The notes below the pieces were generated by a model. The model was not told the DNA's origin and ran no database searches. It saw only the letters and a list, made by a program, of their open reading frames with translations. The translations under genes and the position numbers were made by a program. Source: Macrostomum lignano (taxonomy: Eukaryota). Taken from it: a DNA stretch of 32,023 nucleotides. The stretch spans positions 1 through 32,023 of the forward strand of contig NIVC01003043.1 in assembly GCA_002269645.1 (NCBI GenBank), in the 5' to 3' direction. Positions within the stretch are counted from its first letter, which is position 1, and each line of letters begins with the position of its first letter. Shown here piece by piece: positions 12,401 to 22,060 of this stretch.

Positions 12401-13143
12401 TCAGTGTTGCGGATATTGCGTCTCCAAGTGATCGGAGACTGGGTTTTAGTGTCCGCGATATTAAAGGCGATAAAGCAGTGGTCAGACAGGGAGGGCTCCT
12501 CAGACCAGACTCTCCACTCCTTGACTCTGTCAAAGAGTCTTGGGGTAACGAGTGTGGCGTCGAGGACCTCGGTCCATCTGCCATTATTAAAGGTAGGAGT
12601 GCTGCCGCGGTTGCAGAGCATGAGGTTTGTGTTAGAGATGAGGGCCAGAAGCTCCTCTCCTCTAGTGTTGGTATCTTTGCTGCCCCAGTGCTTGTGGTGC
12701 GCGTTGAGGTCGCCCCCTAAGCACAGCTCAGCGTTCTGGGACTCGCAGTACTGCGCAAGGCGCAGTAAACTCTCGGGAGCAGGGTCTCTGTCGCCTGGGA
12801 TATAAACCGAGGCAACAAGACACGTACGCGGAGAGAAATGATTAGATTGGATGACGCAAAGGTCTCCATCAGAGAGATCAGTCCTCAGCCAAGCCTGGAG
12901 ATGGCTAGCAGCGAGGATAGCCGCTCTAGGGCGGCTGTTCCCCGGGCCACACACATAAAAATCAGAGTAGCCAGAGGGAATGTTGGGCAACTTACCGTTG
13001 CGCATCCAGGGTTCCTGGATCAGGATGAGGCCTGGCCTGTACAGCTCAGCAATCTTCATCAGATTTACTGACGCAGATACGCAATGCTGTAAATTTATTT
13101 GCAGACAGAATGTCGCTCCTTTGGCAGCGTGGAGCTTAGTCAT
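9405..13143 (-). CDS. LINE ORF2: AP endonuclease, reverse transcriptase, RNase H, C-terminal CCHC (about 1246 aa after restoring two bases near 11910 and 11195)
   Basis: LQINLQHC, ILIQEPW, GGDLNAHH..WGS, SDHCFI (APE); KPFKSPGPDGIYP, FRPISLTS, QHAFR, LDIVGAFD, PQGGVL, GYADD at 11126-11115 (RT); YTDGSK, EVLAI, SDSQAAL, WVPGHVGIRGNELAD (RNase H); CSFCNSGDETAEHFVSIC (CCHC). The span of 3739 bp plus 2 equals 1247 codons. Confidence 0.93.
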
Positions 13144-13182
13144 ACTGTATTAAATGCAATATCTGGCTAGAGCCCAGGGCCA

Positions 13183-14687
13183 TCAAGGAGACTTGGACAA
13201 CAGATCGTCCTCGTCCCAGGCCGCTGGGGCTTGACTGGGAGATGGGAGTTGGTCGACGTCCATGGCCTCCTCACCCCCACCGGCCCCCCCAGCAGAGTCC
13301 TCAGGCTCCGATGACAGGATGGAGGAAGCTTCCTCACCTGCATCTTTACCTTCAGACCCCACCAAGGTGGCCGAGGAGAGCTCGGATTCCGAAGACCCGG
13401 CCTCGTCCTCAACTCCTTCTCCGACTGGCAGGTTTGGTTCCCGGGGCTTGGCCGGAGCCGTTACCGCGGTCGCCGAACTGCTGCTAGCAGAGGGGCGAGA
13501 TGCAGCTTTGGCTTTGGGATCGGCTTGCGCCTTTCCTTGGGCCTTAGACTGCGCCCCGCTCTTGCCGGAGATGCCGGGGTTGGCAGTAGCCTTCCCTTTG
13601 GCAGACTTTCCTCGGCGCAACTTGAGCTTGAGGGCACCCAGCTGGAAAGAGGATCCATTAGGGTACCGACTCGCCCAAGTGCTGGAAAGGCCGAGGACAA
13701 TTGAGTTGCCCGTCTCCCCCCTGCGGACTTTACGGTGATACACCAGTCCACTAGCAGGGAGGTCGGGTTCAGACGCAGTAGGACCCGGCGAATAACGTCT
13801 GGTCCAGCTGCGGTGCTCTTAGCAGGGACGAAAACCACATAGGGTATCGTCTTTGGACGCTGGCCCTCGCGAAGAAAAAGAGCTCCGCCAAGGTCAGCAT
13901 CCAAGGAGACCGTCGGTAGCCGCTGGAGCAGCCGCCGAGCGTCCTCCTCGCTGCTAGGAGCAATAAGAACGAATGTGCTTCGCAGCACCATCCGCTCAAC
14001 GCCGATGGAGATTCCCTCCTCGACAGTCAGCTCAATCAGATAGGAGTCAACAGCACTCCACACTTTTTGAAGCTGATCAGTGGTCCAGTCCTGGTCGCGA
14101 CCTTGGATGATCACTCCCGGGATTTTGGCCTTGGCCTTCGCCGCAAAGGTAGCTCCCGAAGGAACCTCCTTGTTGGCAGTGGCCATTTGTTGCGCCGTGG
14201 TTTCGGCCTCAGCAGCCGCGGCAGCAGCTCCAGGGAGCGCCGCCGCTGAACTACTGGAGCTTCCACCGGCCGGCCCGCCTGGTTGCCTTGGGACTCCAGT
14301 CGCTTCAGCATCCATGGTGGACGCCGCCGCTTTGGCCCCCGCAGCTCCCTTCTTGGCCTGCCTTTTGGCGCGTTGTTTAGCGCGTTTGCGCTCAAGCCGA
14401 GCCCGCTGAGCTTCATCGGATCTGCCAGATTTGGCCGGTCCTTTAGGCTCAGAGCTCGCGGTTCCCTTAGATCCACCAGCGGAGCTGGCAGGTCTTAGGG
14501 TATTTTGAGTTTGGTAGCTCTGGTCGGATCTGCCAGCAGAGCCAGCCGGTCCTTCCTTTGCCACAGTTGAATCAGTCGGTTGGGATCTGCCAGCAGGGCC
14601 GGCCGGTCCTTCGGACTGAGGTTGGGGTTTAGAAGGGTCCCCGTCCCTAGAAATAGCTTGTTTATCCATAGTCGGCTCGAAGGCCAT
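13183..14687 (-). CDS. LINE ORF1 protein (about 501 aa after restoring one base near 13766); low-complexity termini, no CCHC knuckle visible
   Basis: First in-frame ATG at 14687. Track ORFs 14744-13461 and 13743-13183 join at a CCC run to give ..RLNPDLPASGLVYHRK... The span of 1505 bp plus 1 equals 502 codons. Position upstream of ORF2 is diagnostic. Confidence 0.8.
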
Positions 14688-17180
14688 GATAAAAGGTTGG
14701 TGGGCTACCCTCAAAGGGGCGCGGTACCCACCCGGCCGCTCCACCTGACCGGGCAGTAGGCCAATAGCACCCTTAAGGCTGGCCCGACACCAGGAGGGGG
14801 ACCGCTTGCGACCGGACTACTCCCCGGCCTTCCAGCCCATCGGCACGGTCAACACCTTAGGCATTAGAGAGTACGTTGAGCAGTACCACGGCCTGCAGGT
14901 TGGCGAGCCAGACCCGCATACCCAAATTCGGCCGAAGCCACTGGATAGGGTCGCCAGCGCCGGAGCCCAGTCTGTCCAGCAGCCCTAGGGACTGCCTTGA
15001 ACACACGCGGGGACGAGTACCCTGGGTCGACTTGCGAGACAGCGTGGGGGGGGGGGGTCTGCGGCTGCCAGAGGCAAATAGAGGGTGCAGACCTCCCACC
15101 AGCCTTGACCTGCTGAAGATAGGGGCAGGCGTGAAGCATCGCAGACCTTAGCCCATGGGCCTAGTCTGTATCATACTTCACTGGCATGCTGAATACGCCT
15201 TCGCGTGCGACGCTCGATGCCACCTCGACCAGCCTGTCGATCTGGCGCTGGGCGCCTTCAACGGACGAGGACAGGAGGGCGAGGTCGTCGGCGTAGCCAA
15301 GCACGCTTAGGCGCTTTTCGCCGTGGCGGTGACCGATGCGTCTGCGCAGCAGGAAGCCGTCATTAGCCGAGGAGAGTGCGGTCCGAAGCACCCAGTCCAG
15401 CAGCAGCACGAAGAGGAACGGCGCTAGCGTGTCGCCCTGCAGAACTCCTGATGAAGTATCGAACAGGTCAGACAGGCCGTCCGCCGTCACCACAGCAGCT
15501 CGAGTATCGCAATACAGCGCCATGACAGCGTCGACTAGCTGGTGGGGTACCCGGTAGGCTCGAAGGACAAAGGGAAGCGCGGCTCTCAACACACCGAGTC
15601 AAACGCCTTTCGAAATTCAACGAAGACAATGATCAGCGTAGACTGGCGGATGCGCGCCTCCTCGATGACACGGCGGAGTGCGAGGATCTGTGTCACCGCA
15701 CCGTCTGCAGACGATCGAGCAGCAGCCGGTTGAAGAGCTTCGCGGTGCAGGACATCAGCGAGATCCCGCGGTGGTCTTCCTTCCGCGTTGTCCCTGCCTT
15801 CTTCGGGATCGGCAGGATGTGCGCGACGGTCCACTCGGTAGGCGCAGGAGCGCCGGCGAGCACGCGGTTCATGACGCCTGTGACCTGGGAGGCCACACAC
15901 GCCGCAGCGCTTCGACCGGGACTTCGTCGGGGCCGAGCGCCTTGCCGCCTGATGTTTTCCGAGCGAACAGCACAATGTCCTCCGTGGTGACTGGTCTGGT
16001 GCAGAAGTCCTCCTCAGCTGGGAGCGGCGTGTCCAGTGGGAGCGCAAAGCTTGCGGGCAGCGGCGACGCGGGCGCGTTCACGATGCCGGCGAAGAAGTCG
16101 CGCAATTCATTCCTGCGCTCCTCCGGGGTGTCGCCGGCCAGGTTCAGCGCCATGCGCTTTTTGCGCCCCGTCAGAGTCCGGACGGCCGTCCACACTGCGC
16201 GGCTCTTCACGTCGGGGCCGGCTGCAGTGATGGACCTAATGGCGTTGTCGACAGCGGCCTGCTGCCGCTCGTCAAGAAGGCGCTCAAATGCGTCTTCAGC
16301 GTCGCCTGTGGGCCTCCGGTTTCTGCGGAGTCGCTCGATGTTGAGCCGCGCCTGCCTGATGATGGGGTCGCTCTGCCAGACAGGCAGCGATTTCTGCGCT
16401 GGCCGCATCAGCGGGACCGTCTGCTCTGCAGCGGCTCTAACGGCGGTGTTGATGTCGGAATACTCCGCCTCGCGCTGGTCTCCAAGCGCGCCGACGAAGG
16501 CACCCGCGAATTGACGCTTCACGCGGGTGTCCAACAGTGCGCGATAGTAGCGCCGTGGTCGTTGCTTTGGCGGTCGGTAGAGCTGGTCGCGGAGCCGCAA
16601 GTCGCAGATCAGGAGTCGGTGGTCTGACCGGAGAGCCAGTGGAGCCATGGTGTCGCAGTTGGTGACGCGGCGGCGCTCGCGAGTGCGAACCAGCGCATGG
16701 TCGAGTTGCGCCAGTCTCCTCGTGGCATTCCGCCCGTGTGCGTTCCGCCGCCTTCTCTTGCAGCCCGCAAAGGTGACCAGGCGGGCAGGGGGCTTGCGGA
16801 ACTGGGTGTTCGCGGACACCAGATCCAGCCGGTCAAGCAGGTCCTCCAGTGCATCGGTGTTGGCGTTCTCGCGTCCCGCGACAAAGGGCGAGCGCTCGGA
16901 CCTCCGCGGGTCCGAGTCAATACTGAGCTGGAATTTACTGCGCACTCTCATAGGTGGCGACTTATAGAAAAACTATAGAGTTGAATTTATGTCAAACCAC
17001 ATATACATTATAAAGGCTTGATCACCCTGCCATAATTATGCCATAAAATCACACGAATCATTTACATAGCGACGAAAAAGGCGTTATGAAAAGAGTCAAT
17101 TTAAGTAAAATCCTAGAGTAGACTCAGACTAACCGCTTCTAATAAATTGCCAAATAGACAAGTAAGTCTGAGCGAGTTTA

Positions 17181-17538
17181 TTTTTTATTAGAGGCAGGGG
17201 GTTGTGTGCACCCTGGCGCACTTTAAGCGACATAGGCACACAACCGGCGAGAGGCATTACTGCCCATTCCGCCGACTCCCCTGAGCAGGCATACAAGCGC
17301 GCGGATACGTACGCAGGCACACACTCACACAGGAGTGTACAGCGGCCCTAACTTTATATTATCGTTAGGCATGTACACTTCACTGCGCCTTGGGGGGTTG
17401 GCTCTCAAGGCCGTTAATTGCACGAGCAGAGCCAAACCGAGATTCCAATTCAGCCCCAAATTAATGTGACTGCACTTGGAATCGAGCCTGGGTCGCTGGC
17501 ACACCAGAGCAGCTGCGCTACCGCTGGGCTACGGCCCC
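17181..17538 (-). mobile_element. tRNA-derived SINE, family A, complete copy (358 bp) with 13-bp TSD
   Basis: Head GGGGCCGTAGCCCAGCGGTAG (A box) and GGCTCGATTCC (B-box variant); A-rich tail TAATAAAAAA; TSD CTGAGCGAGTTTA at 17168-17180 and 17539-17551; homologous copies at 24713 and 30290. Confidence 0.85.
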
Positions 17539-18054
17539 CTGAGCGAGTTTAGTGTTTATTTTTCCACAGCATACTCTCAGAATTCTAGTCCATTGAGGCC
17601 CAATGATTGATCAGACAAAGCCAACCTAGAAATTTGGGCGGCGACATATTTGACAGATGGATGCAAGGCAGACAGACTGCAGAGAGTGTGCAATCAGCTA
17701 AAATAGGTAGATTAATACAGACAAGTTGGTTGAGAGAGAAGTCAGTCAAACTTGACAGCGCTGTGTAACCTGCAATCAAAGGACTCTCTTTGTCTGCCAG
17801 TCAGTTTCAATTCAATTCATGAACAGTTGATGCAGAAAGGACACTGCACTTGCAACTCGTGAAAATTTCAGTGAATTCCGGCTTTCGCTGCAAAACGTAT
17901 TTAGAAAAATACAATACTTTCAGCTTTTGTATGACTAAATTCGCAATGTCTGAGCTCCTGAATCTTCCGAATTCCAAATGGAGCAAAGATATGTGCTTTT
18001 TCCGAGTTTGATGCGCAAGATCAACAAGAAAAATTGTATAAATAGCGGCAACAC

Positions 18055-18371
18055 TAGAGCCATCACTGACATTCGTAATCTTCTAGAGCCATCACTGTGA
18101 CATCCGTGATCTTCTAGAGCAATCACTGTGACATCCGTGATCTTCTAGAGCCATCACTGTGACATCCGTGATCTTCTAGTAGAGCCATCACTGAGACATC
18201 CGTGATCTTCTAGTAGAGTGATCAATTGACATCCGTAATCTTCTAGAGCCATCACTGTGACATCCGTGATCTTCTAGTAGAGCCATCACTGAGACATCCG
18301 TGATCTTCTAGTAGAGTCATCACTCTGTGACATCCGTGATATTCAAGAGCCATCAGTCTCGCCTCCGTGAT
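18055..18371. repeat. Minisatellite, 31-34 bp unit (TAGAGCCATCACTGTGACATCCGTGATCTTC), about 10 copies
   Basis: Directly visible tandem array with +TAG length variants. Confidence 0.93.
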
Positions 18372-18611
18372 CCATAATGCTTTATGAATCGGGCTCGACC
18401 GAATTTGTCTATGGCAAGACCCCACTCAACGTTATGCGTTTTCTGATACTGCAGATGCTTTTGTCAACCAAGTTCAGAACTCTTATTTGGCAACAGTAGA
18501 TTTAGTCTTGCCCATAGACATAGACGGAAGAAAACGCAACCAAGTTGAGAATTCTGATCTTACGGCATGGAATTCGATGTTTCTATCAGCTCAAAACTGA
18601 GAGAGCTAGAC

Positions 18612-18654
18612 AGAGAGAGAGGAAGAGAGAAAGAGAAAGAGAGAGAGAGAGAGC

Positions 18655-18692
<38 letters not shown>
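18612..18692. repeat. (GA)n microsatellite, imperfect
   Basis: Directly visible. Confidence 0.95.
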
Positions 18693-20010
18693 GGGGAGTC
18701 TATGGGAGAGGTTGCTGCTGGCATCCTTTGTGTTGATGTCTATGGCCGAACTACGACATATATTACCTATAGCTGTGTCACTCCAGCATTCGCTAATGTA
18801 TTTAAAGGCCCCGTAAACCCGGGGTTTGGGCCACAGACACCAGCTGCTGCTGCTAATGCTTGAGAGCAGCAGAAGCTACAGTCTATGGCCTGAACCCCCG
18901 GGGGTTTCGCGCTGCGGCCAGGCGGCTGGGTGACCCATCTGAGTAGTATAGAGTCTGTGGGCTTAACCATCGACTTGGCTGTACGAAAACTATCCGTTCC
19001 TTATCGCCCTCCAGCTCATTTCTACGGGAAAATCGAGTGTAGCCGTCCTTGTACGAGTAATTCAGTCGTCCATGGTGCTAATAAAAAACTGGAAGTTTCC
19101 CATTCTCCCGCATGCATCTGGCAGCGAAAACCAACCAATCATGTATTTTTAGCTGTCTGCCTTATCAATGCAGCAGTTATCGCTCTGTCAACCTGAATCG
19201 GAGCCTAGCTGATAAGCTCATAGTTATAGAGCAGAGATTGCTGAAATCCTGAACATCTGCCGGTGCCGTCCCCTCGCCAGCGTCATTTGCTCGACTGTGC
19301 GCATCTGGCGGAGGCTGCAGCACAGCTGGCAACGAGAAATGAGCCCCCCACTGCGGTGCGGGGCTCATTTCTTATTTATTTTCGAGGGAAAATCGTCTGT
19401 AAATACGATTATCTGACGTTATTTTTTTATAAAATTCAAATGTGGCTAAGCTCTAGTGCAGGATTGCATAAACAACTCGAAGGTCGGCTGTCCAGTATAC
19501 TATATAGTATTTCTGAATGTATTGTATTAGGTTTGTTACAATTTAAACCTGTACGCTCGTATATGTAAATATCGCAGTCGATAAGCCAGAGAGTGACAGA
19601 AACAGTATAATTTTTTAAAGAATTAACGGGTATTGTTTAACTGATATCACGAGGGCAGCACAATGTACTTTTAATATCAGTCTGGGTGAAGTCTATTTTA
19701 GGCCTGGGTATAAAAAACAACATCTGTTTAATTAAAAAATGATCCAATTTTCATGCCAGAAATCCTCCTACCCTTTTTGAGAGAGAGAAGGAGAGAAGCA
19801 GGAAATATTAAAATCTCAGATTTCTGCTGTTGCCACCTCATTAGCGTTTGATGACCCAATTTGAAAAGTTTTTTAAAAGAATAAAATTCGAATTTTCAAT
19901 AACTTTCGGGGCCAGGGCTACATAGGCAGCAAAGGAATCTCCAGTTCGACATGGACTACTGAAAAAGAGTATCTGGGAGTTTTTAGATGTCCATGCTCTT
20001 GCCTCGATCC

Positions 20011-20375
20011 TCAGTCCATAGGCACAATGCCGAGCCAGGCGCTGACCGGCTTGGCCTCCCTGCAGGCGTCCTTCATGGCCTCGCGCATGAGCTCACCTTC
20101 CTCGTTCTTGCCAACGTAGCTCAGCGTTAAGCGTCCAATTGGTGTCTCATCGCGCTGCCCGCCGCCGCCGCCCTCCTGGCTGGATGTTGAACGGCGCCTG
20201 ACGCCGCTGAACACGGACAAGATTAGGCTGGTGTCGCGGCGTTGATCTTTGGGCACCTTGAACTGGAAGGACTCGCTGAGCCGGACTGACCGGCTGTCGC
20301 CGCACTGGTGATGCGAGGACTGCTTGCTCTCAGCCTTGCTCTCGCCGTGATAGCGCTTCAGCTTGATGAAGATGT
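20011..20375 (-). CDS. Tandem-C2 synaptotagmin-like protein, last coding exon (most of C2B); an alternative in-frame acceptor would start it at 20396
   Basis: Acceptor CCACAG, phase 1, gives D-IFIKLKRYHGE...ESFQFKVPKDQRRDTSLILSVF...PIGRLTL...AWLGIVPMD-stop; in frame with track ORF 20256-20011. Confidence 0.8.
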
Positions 20376-20410
20376 CTGTGGGGTTGGCGAAGAGGTCTTT
20401 TTGTTAGGGT

Positions 20411-20560
<150 letters not shown>

Positions 20561-20720
20561 AGGAGGCTGTTTAGGACGGGCAGCGGTAGCTGTCTAGGGT
20601 AGTCAGGAGAGGATGTTTAGGGTAGTCAGGGAAGACTGTTTAGTGTAACTGTTTAGGGTAAGGGTAGTCAAGGGAGCCTGTTTAGGGTGAGGGTTGTCAG
20701 GGGAAACTATTTTGGTTAGG

Positions 20721-20965
20721 CCATAGATTGCATATTCCCTAGATGGGCCACTCTGTGTACTTGGGCGAGCTCATAGGCCCAATGTGTGTATTTCTTGAAA
20801 ATTTTGGCAACCAACGTCTTATAGTTTGAGTTCAGTAGCTGGAGCGACGTTCATTTGCTGCTGAGCACGGCTAGAAGCAATAATTTTTTCTAGCTTTTCT
20901 CGGGGAAAATTTGTTTCACATAGTTTGATAGAGAGTGGCCCATCTAGGGAATATACGATCTATGG
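20721..20965. mobile_element. MITE-like element, 245 bp, with 34-bp terminal inverted repeats
   Basis: Left TIR CCATAGATTGCATATTCCCTAGATGGGCCACTCT (20721-20754) against right TIR (20932-20965): 32/34 identical. Flanks GTTAGG and ATTAGG are an imperfect possible TSD. No ORF. Confidence 0.8.
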
Positions 20966-21874
20966 ATTAGGCAACATAAAGGTACCTTAAGGTCGGAACC
21001 GACCCTACAGAGGCCCTGACTCTCGCCCAAATGTTCGCGTCTGGGCTCCTCTAGGGACTGATGAAAGGTCGAATCAGCAATAAAACCTTTAGCAAGCTTC
21101 CTCACTGCGATGTGTCTCCCCCGCGAGTTCGGGCTAAAAAACTGCTCTGCGAACGTTTCCGTAGTGATTTTAACTCAGCAAGTTTTAACTCAACTGCGAT
21201 CTCAACAGGATATTGTCACCGGCCTTCAAAAACAGACCGTTTTTTTCTGCACTATTTGTACAACTGGACTCAGCGTGGTGCAACTCTGAATTTACCGCCC
21301 TTCCGGAATCTTTCCGCTCTCTTATAGCTGTTTCTGTTAGCTGGCGAACACGTGACTCGGCTTGTCTGTCTGTCTGTTGCACTTTTAGCTCAGTGATCTG
21401 TTTCTCAGAATGCAATTTAAAAAAGTAGATGTAGAGTGAACTCCCTGAATCATCATCTAAACATGGATTTGTTAATCTGTTCTGATCTAAATCTGCCATG
21501 ATTCAAACATATGAACTGCCTCTATAGCATAGCATTTTTCAAGCGAATTGGGCCTTTGAGCAAGCAGTTTAATTCTTGTGGCAGAATTGAAGACTTGCTT
21601 TTTATTGTCTCTGGCTCCTTGACACCTTGATTTCAGTGATTTCAGTCTCAACGGCAGCAATAATCAGTTCGGTTATTTTTAGGGTTCTCTCCCGCAAAAT
21701 TCTGCTCATCCGGAGCATCTTGAGCTGAGGCAGAAAATTCTTCGTCTGCCCCATTTCCATGTTTGTCTTTCTCTATGGCCCAACTGTGGAAAATATTTAT
21801 TGCAGGCCCAGATTTTCAAACTGGCTGCTCTGTCGAACCTTTTTCAGATCATAAACAATGAAAAAGTGGGGGGG

Positions 21875-22060
21875 GGGGAGTGTTGTAGCCTAACGTCGGA
21901 ATCACGACTGAAAGGTCGGGGGTTCGATTCTCAACCCGCTCAGAACAATTTGTGTCCTTAAGCAAGACACTTAACTCTGCATTGCTTCAGTTCACCCAGC
22001 TGTTACTCGTAAATGGGTGCCAGCATTAGCTGGGGTAATTGAGGCTGTGTGTGGCCATTA
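21875..22060 (+). mobile_element. tRNA-derived SINE, family B (MetaSINE-like central domain)
   Basis: A-box-like TGTAGCCTAACG, B box GGTTCGATTCT (21921-21931), then GTGTCCTTAAGCAAGACACTTAAC...TTCACCCAGCTG...TAAATGGGTGCC. This resembles the Meta domain as I recall it; not verified by alignment. Confidence 0.6.

Larger units (their letters stand above)
9308..15207 (-). mobile_element. Full-length two-ORF non-LTR retrotransposon with RNase H (LOA/R1/I-group-like), 5.9 kb
   Basis: Exact 14-bp TSD CGACGCTCGATGCC at 9294-9307 and 15208-15221. About 520-bp 5' UTR, ORF1, ORF2 (APE-RT-RNase H-CCHC), about 100-bp 3' UTR ending in the short-repeat tail TAAGTCAAGTAAGTCAA. Confidence 0.93.
8586..16914 (-). 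mobile_element. RTE-clade non-LTR retrotransposon, 5'-truncated and degenerate, split into 16914-15208 and 9293-8586 by a nested LINE
   Basis: C-terminal half of an AP endonuclease (NT.FRK..VTF...QLDH...SDHRLL), RT motifs (KALGPDEVP, HRGISLMSCTAKLFN, FRKAFDS, GVLQGDTLAPFLF, YADD at 15295-15284, GLIVNTLKT), RTE-type C-terminus (VETVLLYNAETWTL). (TTG)n tail ending at 8586. 8-bp TSD AGTCAATA at 8578-8585 and 16915-16922. Several frameshifts and a deletion near 15705. Confidence 0.9.

Noticed and set aside
14990-15030. TCCCCGCG in the LINE 5' UTR resembling the HDV ribozyme L3 loop
   Set aside because: No 3-bp P3, 7-bp P1 or P2/P4 arrangement could be built around it.
9690-16514. Long plus-strand ORFs over the LINEs (9690-10292, 13262-13738, 15678-16514 and others)
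   Set aside because: They are antisense shadows of GC-rich retrotransposon ORFs with no recognisable motifs.
8534-16931. 8-bp inverted repeat CCAGCTCA / TGAGCTGG flanking the RTE insertion site
   Set aside because: It is short enough to arise by chance and the intervening pre-insertion sequence does not pair further.
20575-20720. Degenerate TTAGGG-containing tract (also GGGTTAGGGTTAGG near 24237) as an interstitial telomere
   Set aside because: The hexamers are isolated within a decayed ~20-bp repeat rather than forming a contiguous (TTAGGG)n array.
20987-21004. TTAA followed by GGTCGGAACCGACC as a Kolobok or piggyBac terminus
   Set aside because: I found no matching opposite terminus with TTAA in the window.
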